A stretch of DNA of 63,245 bases, filler included, from Octopus bimaculoides (GCF_001194135.2; 5 parts of 5 records of this genome joined end to end with filler, not necessarily neighbours in it); one strand, 5' to 3'; counted from the whole stretch's first letter, positions 12,628 through 24,619 are shown. A program made the numbers and translations. The notes: a model not told the origin generated them from the sequence alone.

Positions 12628-13633
12628 TGGTGACGCTGCGTTCGGTCATGTAAAAACAAATAGTAAATGAGTATATGCATATATACGTACAGGTATGTGC
12701 ATACCGACATCCACCTGTATGTATAGGTGCATATCTGGGTACAGGACATTGCAAACAAAACGTAGACGAGAAAACACACAAGCCACATAGAGAACATTCT
12801 TCAGCTACCCCCGTTTTAACACCGGCGTTTCGAAGAGCTGGGCAGGACGCATCGATAAAACGGCTCTTCCCATGGACCGCAAATTAAATTTGTATACACA
12901 AATTAAACCTTGCCATGGAGGAATGTAGTGGCGGACAAAAAACAAGACAGGAAAACAAACAGAAAAGGCTATTGTTATGGGAGAATCCTAAACACCCGCA
13001 CGTGACTGAAGGCGAACAAACCGATTACAATAAATATGAACTGAGTGAACTCTCAGTCTACTATGTTAGTTCAACGTGCGCTGGTTTAACAGTTGGTAGT
13101 TGAACAGTGAATACTGAGTATCGTACCTACATTCGAGTAGTACGGAGTGCATTCTATATTAACACATATTTCTGCGATAAGTTATTTTTAGATAATACAA
13201 CCAACTACTTATTTGTTTAATGCCATTTTACACCAGACGTGTACAACCACGTCATAACATTTTTGACGACGAGATTATTTGAAGCTCATGCTGGATCGAT
13301 TTTTGCTTGAACATGGTAGGTTTACTGAATTACAGAAGCAACAGCAACAACAGCAACAACAGCGGTTGTTGGAATTACAGAAGCAACAGCAACTGTTACT
13401 ACAACTGATGCAGTAGAAAACAGAAAATACATTTCGTTCGTTCACCCCTGACATGGTCGCACAACTCGTTCGGAAATTTCGCATATGACCCAGAGGAAGG
13501 TATTACCTTCTCTGCTTACTTTAGAAGGTATGAATTACTTTAGAAGGTATGAGAAAATTTTTAGATAACCACAACCAACTATTGATTTGTGTAATACCAT
13601 TTTACACCAGATGTGTATACCCGCACTATAACA
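12628..13633 (+). mobile_element. Internally deleted Gypsy-type LTR retrotransposon (5' LTR, PBS, gag N-terminus, 3' LTR end)
   Basis: LTR-like end ...CATAACA at 13259, then TGACGACGAG (variant of the TGGCGACGAG PBS). A Gln-rich frame follows with FAYDPEEGITFSAYFRRYE, typical of invertebrate Gypsy gag. 13185-13259 is repeated at 13557-13633. Confidence 0.75.
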
Positions 13634-13647
13634 CACATATACATAGG

Positions 13648-13681
<34 letters not shown>

Positions 13682-14415
13682 CATACATACATACATATAT
13701 ACATACATACATAAATACATACATTCATACATATATATATATAAATACATATACGAATAAGTGAATAAACGGACAAAAGTAACAGTAAACATGTTTAACT
13801 GAAGTTATATTTAATAACAGTTAAACTGCTCTCCACAATACTTAAAGTTTTGTAAGCGTAGAGCACGTTCAGATTACCCGATTGTTTCCGAACATCTGAA
13901 GAAGCGGTCACTAGAAAAAGAGATAGGGAGCGAGAGAAAGAGAGAGGGAGTGATGGGGCGAGAGAAAGTATGTGCGTGTGTGTTTTTACGTTTATTTTGT
14001 TGTATAATAATAGTATAAGGGGGCTCAATATACCCTTAAAATAGTCAGACATGTTTTTGGAAAACGTTTTTGTTTTTGTTTTTGTTTTTTGTGCGTGCTG
14101 ACAGACTTGAAATCATGCAATAGAAATCCTTTAAGCTCATAAAAAGTTACATATTTTTGAGTTTATAGAAATTACATGAAAAACAAATTACATTGTATTT
14201 AAATCATATTTAAATCTATGTGATTAGGTATTAACTAACATCCAATGAGAAACCTATTTATTATCAAAGAAATTTTAACATCAAATGGTTGGATGCTAGA
14301 ATGGGCATAAATATAACGAACTTCTATAAATAAAAGAAAATTATGCTAATGTGAAATTTATCAAACGGCATATTATTTATTCCTGAACGTCAACACGCAC
14401 ACGTTCATACACACA

Positions 14416-14468
<53 letters not shown>

Positions 14469-14989
14469 NNNNNNNNNNNNNNNNNNNNNNNNNNNNNNNN
14501 NNNNNNNNNNNNNNNNNNNNNNNNNNNNNNNNNNNNNNNNNNNNNNNNNNNNNNNNNNNNNNNNNNNNNNNNNNNNNNNNNNNNNNNNNNNNNNNNNNNN
14601 NNNNNNNNNNNNNNNNNNNNNNNNNNNNNNNNNNNNNNNNNNNNNNNNNNNNNNNNNNNNNNNNNNNNNNNNNNNNNNNNNNNNNNNNNNNNNNNNNNNN
14701 NNNNNNNNNNNNNNNNNNNNNNNNNNNNNNNNNNNNNNNNNNNNNNNNNNNNNNNNNNNNNNNNNNNNNNNNNNNNNNNNNNNNNNNNNNNNNNNNNNNN
14801 NNNNNNNNNNNNNNNNNNNNNNNNNNNNNNNNNNNNNNNNNNNNNNNNNNNNNNNNNNNNNNNNNNNNNNNNNNNNNNNNNNNNNNNNTCTCATTGCTTT
14901 GAAGATATGATGTTGTGGAAAAGAGCGATAGAATAAGTACTGGTGTGGATTTATAGAGTTCTATATTTAAGAGATGAGGAATTATGTAC

Positions 14990-15180
14990 ATTATTTACAT
15001 TATTTACATTCGGCGGATAGTTTTCCTCATCTTGTTAACACAACGTTTCGGCTGATATACTCTCCAGCCTTCTTCAGGTGTCTTGGGGAAATTTCGAACT
15101 TGGGTTCTCATTCCTAATGTATTTTTTGATGTTCTTCTTCTTCTTCTTCTTCTTCTNNNNNNNNNNTCTTCTTCTTCTTC

Positions 15181-15279
<99 letters not shown>

Positions 15280-15372
15280 TTGTTGTTGTTGTTCAGGTCA
15301 CTGCTTGGAATCGGACTCGCAATATTGGGATTAGTAGCCCACGCTCTTAAACACTACGCCATATGCCCGTAA
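14990..15372 (-). mobile_element. Solo terminal repeat (pLTR) of the same Penelope-like family, with internal (TTC)/(TTA)/(TTG) expansions
   Basis: Closely matches 19790-19990 (ttcggctgatata..ccagcctt..tcaggtgtcttgggg..aatttcgaac and ttcaggtcactgc..ggaatc..actcg..). Confidence 0.8.
15037..15082 (-). ncRNA. Minimal type I hammerhead ribozyme motif, intact core
   Basis: Minus strand: GACAC CUGAAGA A GGCUG-gagaguauau-CAGCC GAAAC GUU GUGUU. Stem I GACAC/GUGUU, 5-bp stem II, loopless palindromic stem III (ACGU), GUU cleavage triplet. Confidence 0.75.
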
Positions 15373-15501
15373 ATAATGGGTAGATTTATTGGACACAGAC
15401 CTATCATGGCAATACCCAGCATGGCTACAGTCAAGAAAAAGATCCGAATAGAAAGTGGTGCCCGCAAAACCAAAAGGAACCGAATCCCCTCTACTCAACT
15501 A

Positions 15502-16810
15502 CTTATTTCATCGACTCTGAAAGAATGAAGGGCAAAGTCAACGCCAGCAGAATTTGAACTTAGAACTAAGCATTTTGCCGGGCGTATTAAGGATTCATCA
15601 GGCTGGCCTCCCTACTCTTAATACATATAATCAATATACACTCTGCACGTATTGAGTGCGGATCTTGTTGGTTTGGTGTACGTCAAACCAAAAGGATCTG
15701 GGGATGAAATTATTTTATCGACTCAGAAAGAATGAAGGGCAAAATCGACGCCAGCATAATTTGAACCCAGAACTATGCATTTTGCCCGGCGTATTAACGA
15801 TTCATCAGGCTGGCCACCCTACTGTTAATACATATATTCAATATACACTCTACACGTAATGAGTGAGGATCATTTTGGTTTGGTACCCGTCAAACCAAAA
15901 AGATCTGTTTAGGAACTTATTTTGCCCGGCGTATTAACGATTCATCAGGCTGGCCACCCTACCTTTAATACATATATTCAATATACACTCTAAACGTATT
16001 GAGTACGGATCTTTTTGGTTTGGTGCCCGTCAAACCAAAAGGTTTCGGGGAGGAATTTATTTTATCGACTCAGAAAGAATGAAAGGGTCAGTAAACGCCA
16101 GCAGAAATTGTACTCAGAACTAAGCATTTTGCCCGGCGTATTATCGATTCATCGGGCTTGCCACCCTACTGTTAATGCGCATATTCAATATACAGTCTAC
16201 ACGTATTGAGTGCGGATCTTTTTGGTTTGGTGCCCGTCAAACGAAAAGGATCCCGGTAGGAACTTATTTTATCGACTCTGAAGCAATGAAGGGCTAAATC
16301 GACGCCAGCAGAATTTGAAATCAGAACTAAGCATTTTGTCCAGCGTATTAAGGATTCATCAGGCTGGCCACTTTACCTTTAATACATATATTCAATATAC
16401 ACTCTACACGTATTGAGTGCGTATCTTTTTGATTTCGTACCGATAAACCAAACGGATCCGTGGAGGAACTAATTTTATCGACTTATAAAGAATGAAGGGC
16501 AAATTCAACGCCAGCAGAATTTGAACTCAGAACTAAGCATTTTGCCCGGCGTATTAAGTATTCATCAGGCTGGCCACCCTACTGTTAAAACATATATTCA
16601 ATATACACTCTGCACGTAATGAGTGAGGATCATTTTGGTTTGGTACCCGTCAAACCAAAAAGATCTGTTTAGGAACTTATTTTGCCCGGCGTATTAACGA
16701 TTCATCAGGCTGGCCACCCTACCTTTAATACATATATTCAATATACACGCTAAACGTATTGAGTGCGGATCTTTTTGGTTTGGTGCCCGTCAAACCAAAA
16801 AGATCCGGGG
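15502..16810. repeat. SINE-derived tandem array: five ~207-bp units and two ~140-bp units (L-L-S-L-L-L-S)
   Basis: Units start near 15502, 15709, 15916, 16056, 16263, 16469 and 16676. Each is a reversed family A SINE fragment plus a unique spacer containing a hairpin. Confidence 0.92.
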
Positions 16811-17696
16811 ATTCCATATAATTTCCTATCTCGAACCCACTGGACTTGTTCTAAAATTTGAAACCAACATATGTATTAAGAAGTTGTGTCAGCCTTACAT
16901 TAACTTACATTTTGTAGATGTAAATTAATGTCGAACGCACGGCTTACCTTGATACAACAAGTATGGAGAAGAATAAATATACTACCCACGCGGTCATTAG
17001 TCCGTCTGGATCGTATATTGAAGTTATTGACGAAACCGTGGAACTTAAGTCAACAGCATGTGAGAATACATACACACATATGCGTGTGAGTGTGTGTGTG
17101 TATGTGTGTGTGTGTGTGTGTGTGTATGTGCGTGCATGCGTGCGTGCATGCGTGCGTGCGTGCATGTGTATGTGCGCGCATGCGCACATGTAGAGACAGA
17201 GAGAGTATGTGTAGCAGCAATATACATAGCATGTGTGACTGTGAATCTGCAAGTATCGGTGGTATGAATTTAGTGTTTTAGGAACAGTGAATCTCGAAAC
17301 ACATAGAGCTATAAATAATAGGGTGTGAATATTAGTTTTAAATTCTTTGAGCTAGAAAAAATAGGAGATTTGGGTTCGTGTCCCACGGGTTACATGAACC
17401 CACTCCTCTTGTATATATGACACCCGTTTTGGACACACATATGCACACAGAGAAAAATGCGTAGGCACATACATTCCCCACTTCTATATNNNNNNNNNNN
17501 NNNNNNNNNNNNNNNNNNNNNNNNNNNNNNNNNNNNNNNNNNNNNNNNNNNNNNNNNNNNNNNNNNNNNNNNNNNNNNNNNNNNNNNNNNNNNNNNNNNN
17601 NNNNNNNNNNNNNNNNNNNNNNNNNNNNNNNNNNNNNNNNNNNNNNNNNNNNNNNNNNNNNNNNNNNNNNNNNNNNNNNNNNNNNNNNNNNNNNNN

Positions 17697-17736
<40 letters not shown>

Positions 17737-18524
17737 TTTTTTTTTCGCACACATATACATATGTACGTGTATCTATGTGATTATATAGCTGATTGCGCCG
17801 TAAAGTGTGTTCAGTGCTGTTGAACACTTTCTCCATTCGGAAGAAATTACGCTCAAGAACTTCTTGGACTCCCACAGTGTTTGTATGTATGTACGTACCT
17901 ACGTTCCTATGTATGTATGTATGTTTGTATGTATGTATGTATGTTTGTATGTATGTATGTATGTATAGTTTGCACTTACTCTTGACTGCCTTTTCGCCCA
18001 TCTCCTAAGCATTTATTTCTGTATTTGATGTTTGGATGATGAGGGAGTGATATATGGTCTTCCCTTTCAGCACCCTCCCTGTCTTATGATGCCGTGGTTG
18101 ATATTTGAGGTGGTTGTCTGAAGGTCGATGTCTGTTGCTATGTATGTGTGGGGGAATGATGGGGTTATAAAGGCCTGGTCTGCATAAATTTTAGAATAAA
18201 GGATTGCCAAAACTGTTCGACATAGTGTTTGTGGAATGAAGTATTTTAGAGAAGAAGGAAGTGACTGAAATTGATTAATTGGATAGCTTTGGGTTTGAGT
18301 TGATTAAGGATCATCGCCATTTCAAACGTGACCGACCTGTCTTTCTAGCATTATATAATACGTTCTTCTTTTATAAAGTTGCAATCTGGAAGTAGTGATA
18401 GAGTTGGCTGCTATTTTTGGACAGATGGGTGACTGTTGATGTTCCTACAGTAATGTATTGAGCTGAAGGCTGGAATTGATAAACCATCTGGACAAGAGTA
18501 AACTAGTGGGTATTTTATTTAGAC

Positions 18525-19260
18525 TCATTGTATCTAGGACTACACTATCTAATCTATTCTATCTTTTACTTAGACATTGTGTATCTCGGACTACATTGTC
18601 TAATATGTCGTGTATTTTATTCAAGTTATATGTATCTAAGTGGAGGCGCAATGGCCCAGTGGTTAGGGCAGCGGACTCGTGGTCATAGGATCGCGGTTTC
18701 AATTCTCAGACCAGGCATTGTGAGTGTCTCTTGACACCTAAAGTTCCACGAGGCTCCGTCAGGGGATGGTGGCGAACCTTGCTGTACTCTTTCACCACAA
18801 CTTTCTCTAATTCTTTCCTTCTGTTTCTATTGTACCTGTATTTCAAAAGGGCCTTGTCACACTGTGTCACGCTGAATATCCCCGAGAACTACGTTAAGGG
18901 TACATGTGCCTGTGGAGTGCTCAGCCATTTGCACGTTAATTTCACGAGCAGGCTGTTCCGTTGATCGGATCAACTGAAACCCTCGACGTCGTAAGCGACG
19001 GAGTGCCAACATAGTGTATCTAAGGCTACAATATCGAATATGTCCTGTCTTTTATTCAGATACAGTATATCTTCGACTACACTATCTAATCTATTCTATC
19101 TTTTATTTAGGCATTTTGTATCTAGGACTACATTGTCTAATATGTCGTGTATTTTATTCAAATCCTAGTGTATCTAAGGCTACAATATCGAATATGTCCT
19201 GTTTTTACTGAGATACAGTATATCCAGGACTAGATTATCTAATATGCTCTTCCTGAATTA
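18525..19260. repeat. ~51-bp minisatellite with three alternating variants, interrupted by a SINE
   Basis: tatct motif at 18531, 18582, 18633, then 19017, 19068, 19119, 19171 and 19221. Confidence 0.8.
18641..19011 (+). mobile_element. Full-length tRNA-derived SINE (family C)
   Basis: A box TGGCCCAGTGG, degenerate B box GGTTTCAATTC, and duplicated TGTATCTAAG flanks at 18631-18640 and 19015-19024. Confidence 0.85.
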
Positions 19261-19759
19261 AAATGTCATTTGAAGGAACTTTAACTTGTATCTTCAGCAG
19301 GAATTATGGTACGTAGAGATTTTTATTCTTTTGGTCCCTGACTTTCCTTTTTCCTTGATATTGTTGTTTAAGGATGAGATTAATGATGTTCCAATCATGA
19401 CTATGGTATTTTTTCCTCTGCATCATCCCGGTAGGGATGGCCATGGTTAGAACATCTTTAATTAATTGAAAAGCATTAGGTTTGAGGTGATTAAGAATCA
19501 AAGCTGTTACAAACGCATCTTTCTAGGATTATCTTGTTCTTCATTATATGTGTCCTTTCTTCATATGACTGTAAAGTGTGTGAGTTGGACATTTTTTTAT
19601 TGGATGGAAATTGACGTGGGCTTAAAAAACAATTCGAAGTGAAGGTGAAATTCCTGCAACATGTTGAAACAGAGAGACTCTGTCCATATGAAAAACTTGA
19701 TCACAAGACTGGAAGGTGAAATTTGCGTGAGTAAAGTGTAAATTAATGTTGTCAACAAA

Positions 19760-21034
19760 TGAAACAAAGAAATATCTACATTATTCACATTTGACAGATA
19801 TTTGTCCTCAGCTTGTTGTTAACACATTTCGGCTGATATACCCTCCAGCCTTCATCAGGTGTCTTGGGGAAATTTCGAACCTGAGTTCTTATTCCTAAGG
19901 TATTTTTCGATGTTTATTCAGGTCACTGCCTGGAATCAAACTCGGAATCTTAGGGTTAGTAGCCAGCGCTCTTAACCACAACGCCATATGCTCGTGGGCA
20001 ATTATGGAGTGAATTTTAGGGCTTATAGATCTAATATCTTCCTATCCGTCCTTAATACCGGTTCCCATATACTATTCATATCTGCACTCGATCTGCTTAG
20101 GAGGTTATTGTGTCCTAGCATATATGCTGCTTCTTTCAGCTTTCGTATTTTCCAGTGGTGTTCTCTGTCTATTATTTTAATTTCATCCCACATGGGGAGG
20201 TGGTCTCCATTTTTCCGTACATGATCAACTATACCCGATTTATCAATATCTCCTCGTGTTACAGCTTTGCGATGTTCCTCTACCCTTATTTTGAGGAGAT
20301 AGCATGTTTCATCTTTGTATAACCTACCACAACTGCATGGAATGGAGTACATGGAGTTTTGGGTCATATTCTCTTCTATTGGTGGTTTTACCCGAAGGAG
20401 ATATTTGCGAAGTCTTGTATTACTTTTAAATACGGTCCTGATGTCATATGGGCCGCATATCTTTTGTATCTTTTCGGAGAGGTCTTTCACATAGGGTAGA
20501 CAGACTGTAGACAGTTTATTGGTTTCATCCTCTCTTTTGTTCAGAATTGGAGTGGATAGTATGCTTTGGGGTAGTTGTTGCTTAATAGATTGTTACTGAG
20601 CCTGATCATTTGTTCGTGGTGGGCATCACGATCGCTACTTATATTCATTGCTCGATGTTTTAGGCACTGAGCAATCCCTCTCTTTGCACTGTATAGATGG
20701 TGGGAATTGAAGTTGAGATATCGTCCAGTGAGGGTCGGCTTGCAATATACGGATGTCCTGAACCCATACTTGGTGCGTGTTATTAATACGTCCAAGAATG
20801 CTAGCTGGTTGTCTTTTTTTATTTATTTAACATTGTGAACTGTATGGATGGCTTTATTGAGTTCATATGATCTAACAGCACTTGGACATCTTCCTGGTAG
20901 GGCCAGAGTATAAAGGTGGCATCAACATATCGCAGCCATAGGGTTGGTTTTAGTGGTGTTGATCCTAAAGCCAAATTCTCAAAGTATTTCATGTATATAT
21001 TGGCTGTTATCGGTTATAATGGCGAACCCATAGG
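19760..21034 (-). mobile_element. Penelope-like retroelement, 5'-truncated and degenerate (RT C-terminus, GIY-YIG endonuclease, 3' pseudo-LTR)
   Basis: The minus strand reads PMGSPL*PITANIYM, WLRYVDATF, LAFLDVLI, YCKPTLTGRYLNFNSHH and YSIPCSCG...RVEEH...SGIVDH...KLKEA, typical PLE RT and GIY-YIG motifs. A terminal repeat with a hammerhead motif follows. Confidence 0.9.
19821..19863 (-). ncRNA. Hammerhead ribozyme motif, likely inactivated
   Basis: GACAC CUGAUGA A GGCUG...CAGCC GAAA U GUGUU: same as the 15037 copy but lacking 3 nt (CGU) of stem III and the cleavage triplet. Confidence 0.6.
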
Positions 21035-22140
21035 AAAAGGGAGAGTAGAAGGAGGAGGAGAGGAGGAATGGAAGAAAGAGAAGATGCGAGGAGGAAGATG
21101 TAGCCCTGAGGTCAAATGTATTTTAGTCGTTCTTATTCTTTTTTTTTTATTATTCAAACAACCTATGTAGGAACATATTATACAGAGAAAATATTGGTAG
21201 TGCCAATGTGCCACCTATGTGAAGAACATTGCTTAGCCCAATGAATTCTAATCAAGTGAAATTAGAACTGTAATGAGAATAGTCATTAGCGTTAATGAAA
21301 ATCTATTTCAGAGTTCATTTGTCTCTCTTAAGATTAATTCTTATTAACGCCAAGGGCTGTCATGATTACTATCTTTTATGTTAAATTCAAATTACGATAA
21401 ACGTAAACAAACAAACGAAGTTTGCTTTTAGAAACGTTGAGATGTCTTAGAAAGTTAAAGATGTGATTTTTAAATTCTCAAACGCAAGATAATGCTAATA
21501 ATATAGCCTGAACAGGATAAGCTACCCCTATTTTGCAGAAAAAAAAAGCGTTGGCGGCCAGCTATGAGNNNNNNNNNNNNNNNNNNNNNNNNNNNNNNNN
21601 NNNNNNNNNNNNNNNNNNNNNNNNNNNNNNNNNNNNNNNNNNNNNNNNNNNNNNNNNNNNNNNNNNNNNNNNNNNNNNNNNNNNNNNNNNNNNNNNNNNN
21701 NNNNNNNNNNNNNNNNNNNNNNNNNNNNNNNNNNNNNNNNNNNNNNNNNNNNNNNNNNNNNNNNNNNNNNNNNNNNNNNNNNNNNNNNNNNNNNNNNNNN
21801 NNNNNNNNNNNNNNNNNNNNNNNNNNNNNNNNNNNNNNNNNNNNNNNNNNNNNNNNNNNNNNNNNNNNNNNNNNNNNNNNNNNNNNNNNNNNNNNNNNNN
21901 NNNNNNNNNNNNNNNNNNNNNNNNNNNNNNNNNNNNNNNNNNNNNNNNNNNNNNNNNNNNNNNNNNNNNNNNNNNNNNNNNNNNNNNNNNNNNNNNNNNN
22001 NNNNNNNNNNNNNNNNNNNNNNNNNNNNNNNNNNNNNNNNNNNNNNNNNNNNNNNNNNNNNNNNNNNNNNNNNNNNNNNNNNNNNNNNNNNNNNNNNNNN
22101 NNNNNNNNNNNNNNNNNNNNNNNNNNNNNNNNNNNNNNNN

Positions 22141-22203
<63 letters not shown>

Positions 22204-22254
22204 GCACGTACATACACACACACACACAAGCATTTTTAAAAAAATATTTTTTTA

Positions 22255-22440
22255 ACTTGTTTCAATCATTGGATTGCGGCCACTCTGGGGCACCGCCTTG
22301 AAGAGTTTTTGGTCGAACGAATCGAACCCAATCGTTTTAAAGTTTGATACTAATTTTACTAGGCTTTTTTGCCAAAAAGATTACGTTACGGGAACGTAAA
22401 CAACCTGACACCGGTTTCAAGCATCGTGGGAGACAAACAT
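22255..22440 (-). mobile_element. Family B SINE 3' half, diverged
   Basis: acttgtttcaatcatt..gcggccactctggggcaccgcc...ccggtttcaagc. Confidence 0.7.
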
Positions 22441-23719
22441 GACACACACACGTATGCATACATATATATACATTCATACATAATACATACATACATACAC
22501 ACACGCACACACATACATACACACACACACATACATACATACATACATACATACATACATACATACTCACATACATACAATGAACCAGCTTGCACATTTC
22601 AAATACAATATATAAGTTGAACAGTAAAAATGTGCAAGACTTTACTCAAGTTTAAACTGTGACATTGTTTTCGTTATCTACTTTCCAACGATGCAGTTTG
22701 TCTTATTTTAAACCAGCTCCTTCCTCGGTGGAAGAATTCAAATAGTTAAACATAANNNNNNNNNNNNNNNNNNNNNNNNNNNNNNNNNNNNNNNNNNNNN
22801 NNNNNNNNNNNNNNNNNNNNNNNNNNNNNNNNNNNNNNNNNNNNNNNNNNNNNNNNNNNNNNNNNNNNNNNNNNNNNNNNNNNNNNNNNNNNNNNNNNNN
22901 NNNNNNNNNNNNNNNNNNNNNNNNNNNNNNNNNNNNNNNNNNNNNNNNNNNNNNNNNNNNNNNNNNNNNNNNNNNNNNNNNNNNNNNNNATATATATATA
23001 TATACATGCTGTCTATACAAAAGTAAAACAAATGCTTCACACCTGATAAAATTAAAATCAGTTATACTTATCAGAACAGAAATGCAACCCAGCTGTCAAT
23101 ACATTCTGAAAAATAGGACCACAGAGCTCACATCTCAACAACTAAAGTGTGACGGTAGAATCTCCTCAATTATTCAATCTGTCCACTTAAATCATCTGCT
23201 TTTAGAAAAGTTTCTAATTTAAGACAAAGCCATTAATTTCGAGACGAGCGAAATAGACGATTAAATCAATCACAGCTACTTGACGAAGCCTGTATTTTAT
23301 CGATCTCGGAAACATTAAAGGCAAAGCTGACCTCGGCGAGATCTGAATTCCGAATATCTTTACGAAACAAATACCGAAAGGTATTTTTTCCGAAGCTCCA
23401 AATAATTCTGCTAATCGGCCACCCATAATAATATTAATATAGATACAAGACATGAACATTTTGGTTAGGTTTTAGTTGATCATATTGACCACAGAGCTTA
23501 GTTGGTACTTATTTCAGCAACCCCGAAAGGATGAAAGGCGAAGTCATCTTCGGTATGATTTGAACTTGGAACGTAATGAACCGGAGGAAATGCAGCTAGG
23601 CATTTTGTCTGACGCATTAATGGTTCTGCTAGCTCACCATTTTAATAACAATCCTTTCTAATACAGGTACAAAGCCTGAAATTTGTGGAGAGAAGGATAG
23701 TCGATTGCATCGACCCCAG

Positions 23720-24118
23720 AGCTCAACTGATACTTATTTTATAGACCCTGACAGCTGACCTCGGCGGAATTCGAACTCAGATCGTATAGACGGACGAAAT
23801 GCCGCTTAGCATTTTGTCCTGCGTGCTAACGATTCTGTCAGCAGGCTGCCTTTAAAATCCATTCCAGTATAATGAACTGTGTGGGGACCGGCATATCAAA
23901 GAATAGACCCCAATGCTCAACTGATAATTATTTTATAGACCCTGAAATGATGAAAGGCATAGTTGATCTCGGCGGAATTTGAACTCAGAGCGTATAGACG
24001 GACGAAATGCCACTTAGCATTTTGTCTAGGGTGCCAACGATTCTGCCAGCAGGCTGCCTTTAAAATCCTTTCCAGTATAATGAACTGTGTGGGGACCGGC
24101 ATATCAAAGAATAGACCT
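23720..24118. repeat. Tandem duplication (~195 bp) of a SINE head plus flank
   Basis: ttaaaatcc.ttccagtataatgaactgtgtggggaccggcatatcaaagaatagacc occurs twice. Confidence 0.85.
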
Positions 24119-24121
24119 AGC

Positions 24122-24330
24122 ATTTCCTCTGCGTGTCGCAAAAAGCGACTAAAGGGGGTTGAAGTAGGATTTGTAGACAAACCTCATAAAACTCTCAGCA
24201 GCAACGACTACTCAAACAGACCCAAGGGTCGGCGGGTTGTCGTCTGAGTGGCGCAAAGATGTCATCTACCAGGAGCAGGGAGCCGCCAACAAATGGCGGA
24301 TGCGTCGACGCGCTGTTACGAAGCATGTGT

Positions 24331-24407
<77 letters not shown>

Positions 24408-24435
24408 ACTACTGCAACTACTGCTACTACTGCTG

Positions 24436-24483
<48 letters not shown>

Positions 24484-24484
24484 T
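24122..24484 (+). mobile_element. GC-rich structured retroposon 3' fragment with (CTA)/(CTG)n tail
   Basis: The cctctgcgtgtcgcaaaaagcgactaa motif resembles the gtcgtaagaggcgactaa of metazoan SINEs. It carries several hairpins and a trinucleotide tail. Confidence 0.45.
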
Positions 24485-24584
24485 NNNNNNNNNNNNNNNN
24501 NNNNNNNNNNNNNNNNNNNNNNNNNNNNTTAATTAATTAANNNNNNNNNNNNNNNNNNNNNNNNNNNNNNNNNNNNNNNNNNNN
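24485..24584. other. Artificial 100-nt scaffold spacer N44-TTAATTAATTAA-N44 (also at 35210-35309, 45626-45725 and 60502-60601)
   Basis: Identical six-frame-stop 12-mer centred in N runs at four places. Confidence 0.9.

Positions 24585-24619
<35 letters not shown>

Noticed and set aside
18641-18720. tRNA-like A and B boxes, here and at other SINE heads
   Set aside because: These are SINE heads with no complete cloverleaf; not tRNA genes.
18000-19600. Two fragments translating ILNQLKPKAIQLI and ILNHLKPNAFQLI on the minus strand (near 18290 and 19480)
   Set aside because: Probably old related retroelement debris, but the family and boundaries cannot be supported from sequence alone.
24529-24540. 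Recurring TTAATTAATTAA motif (also near 35254, 45670 and 60546)
   Set aside because: Always centred in a 100-nt N spacer; an artificial six-frame-stop linker, not biology.
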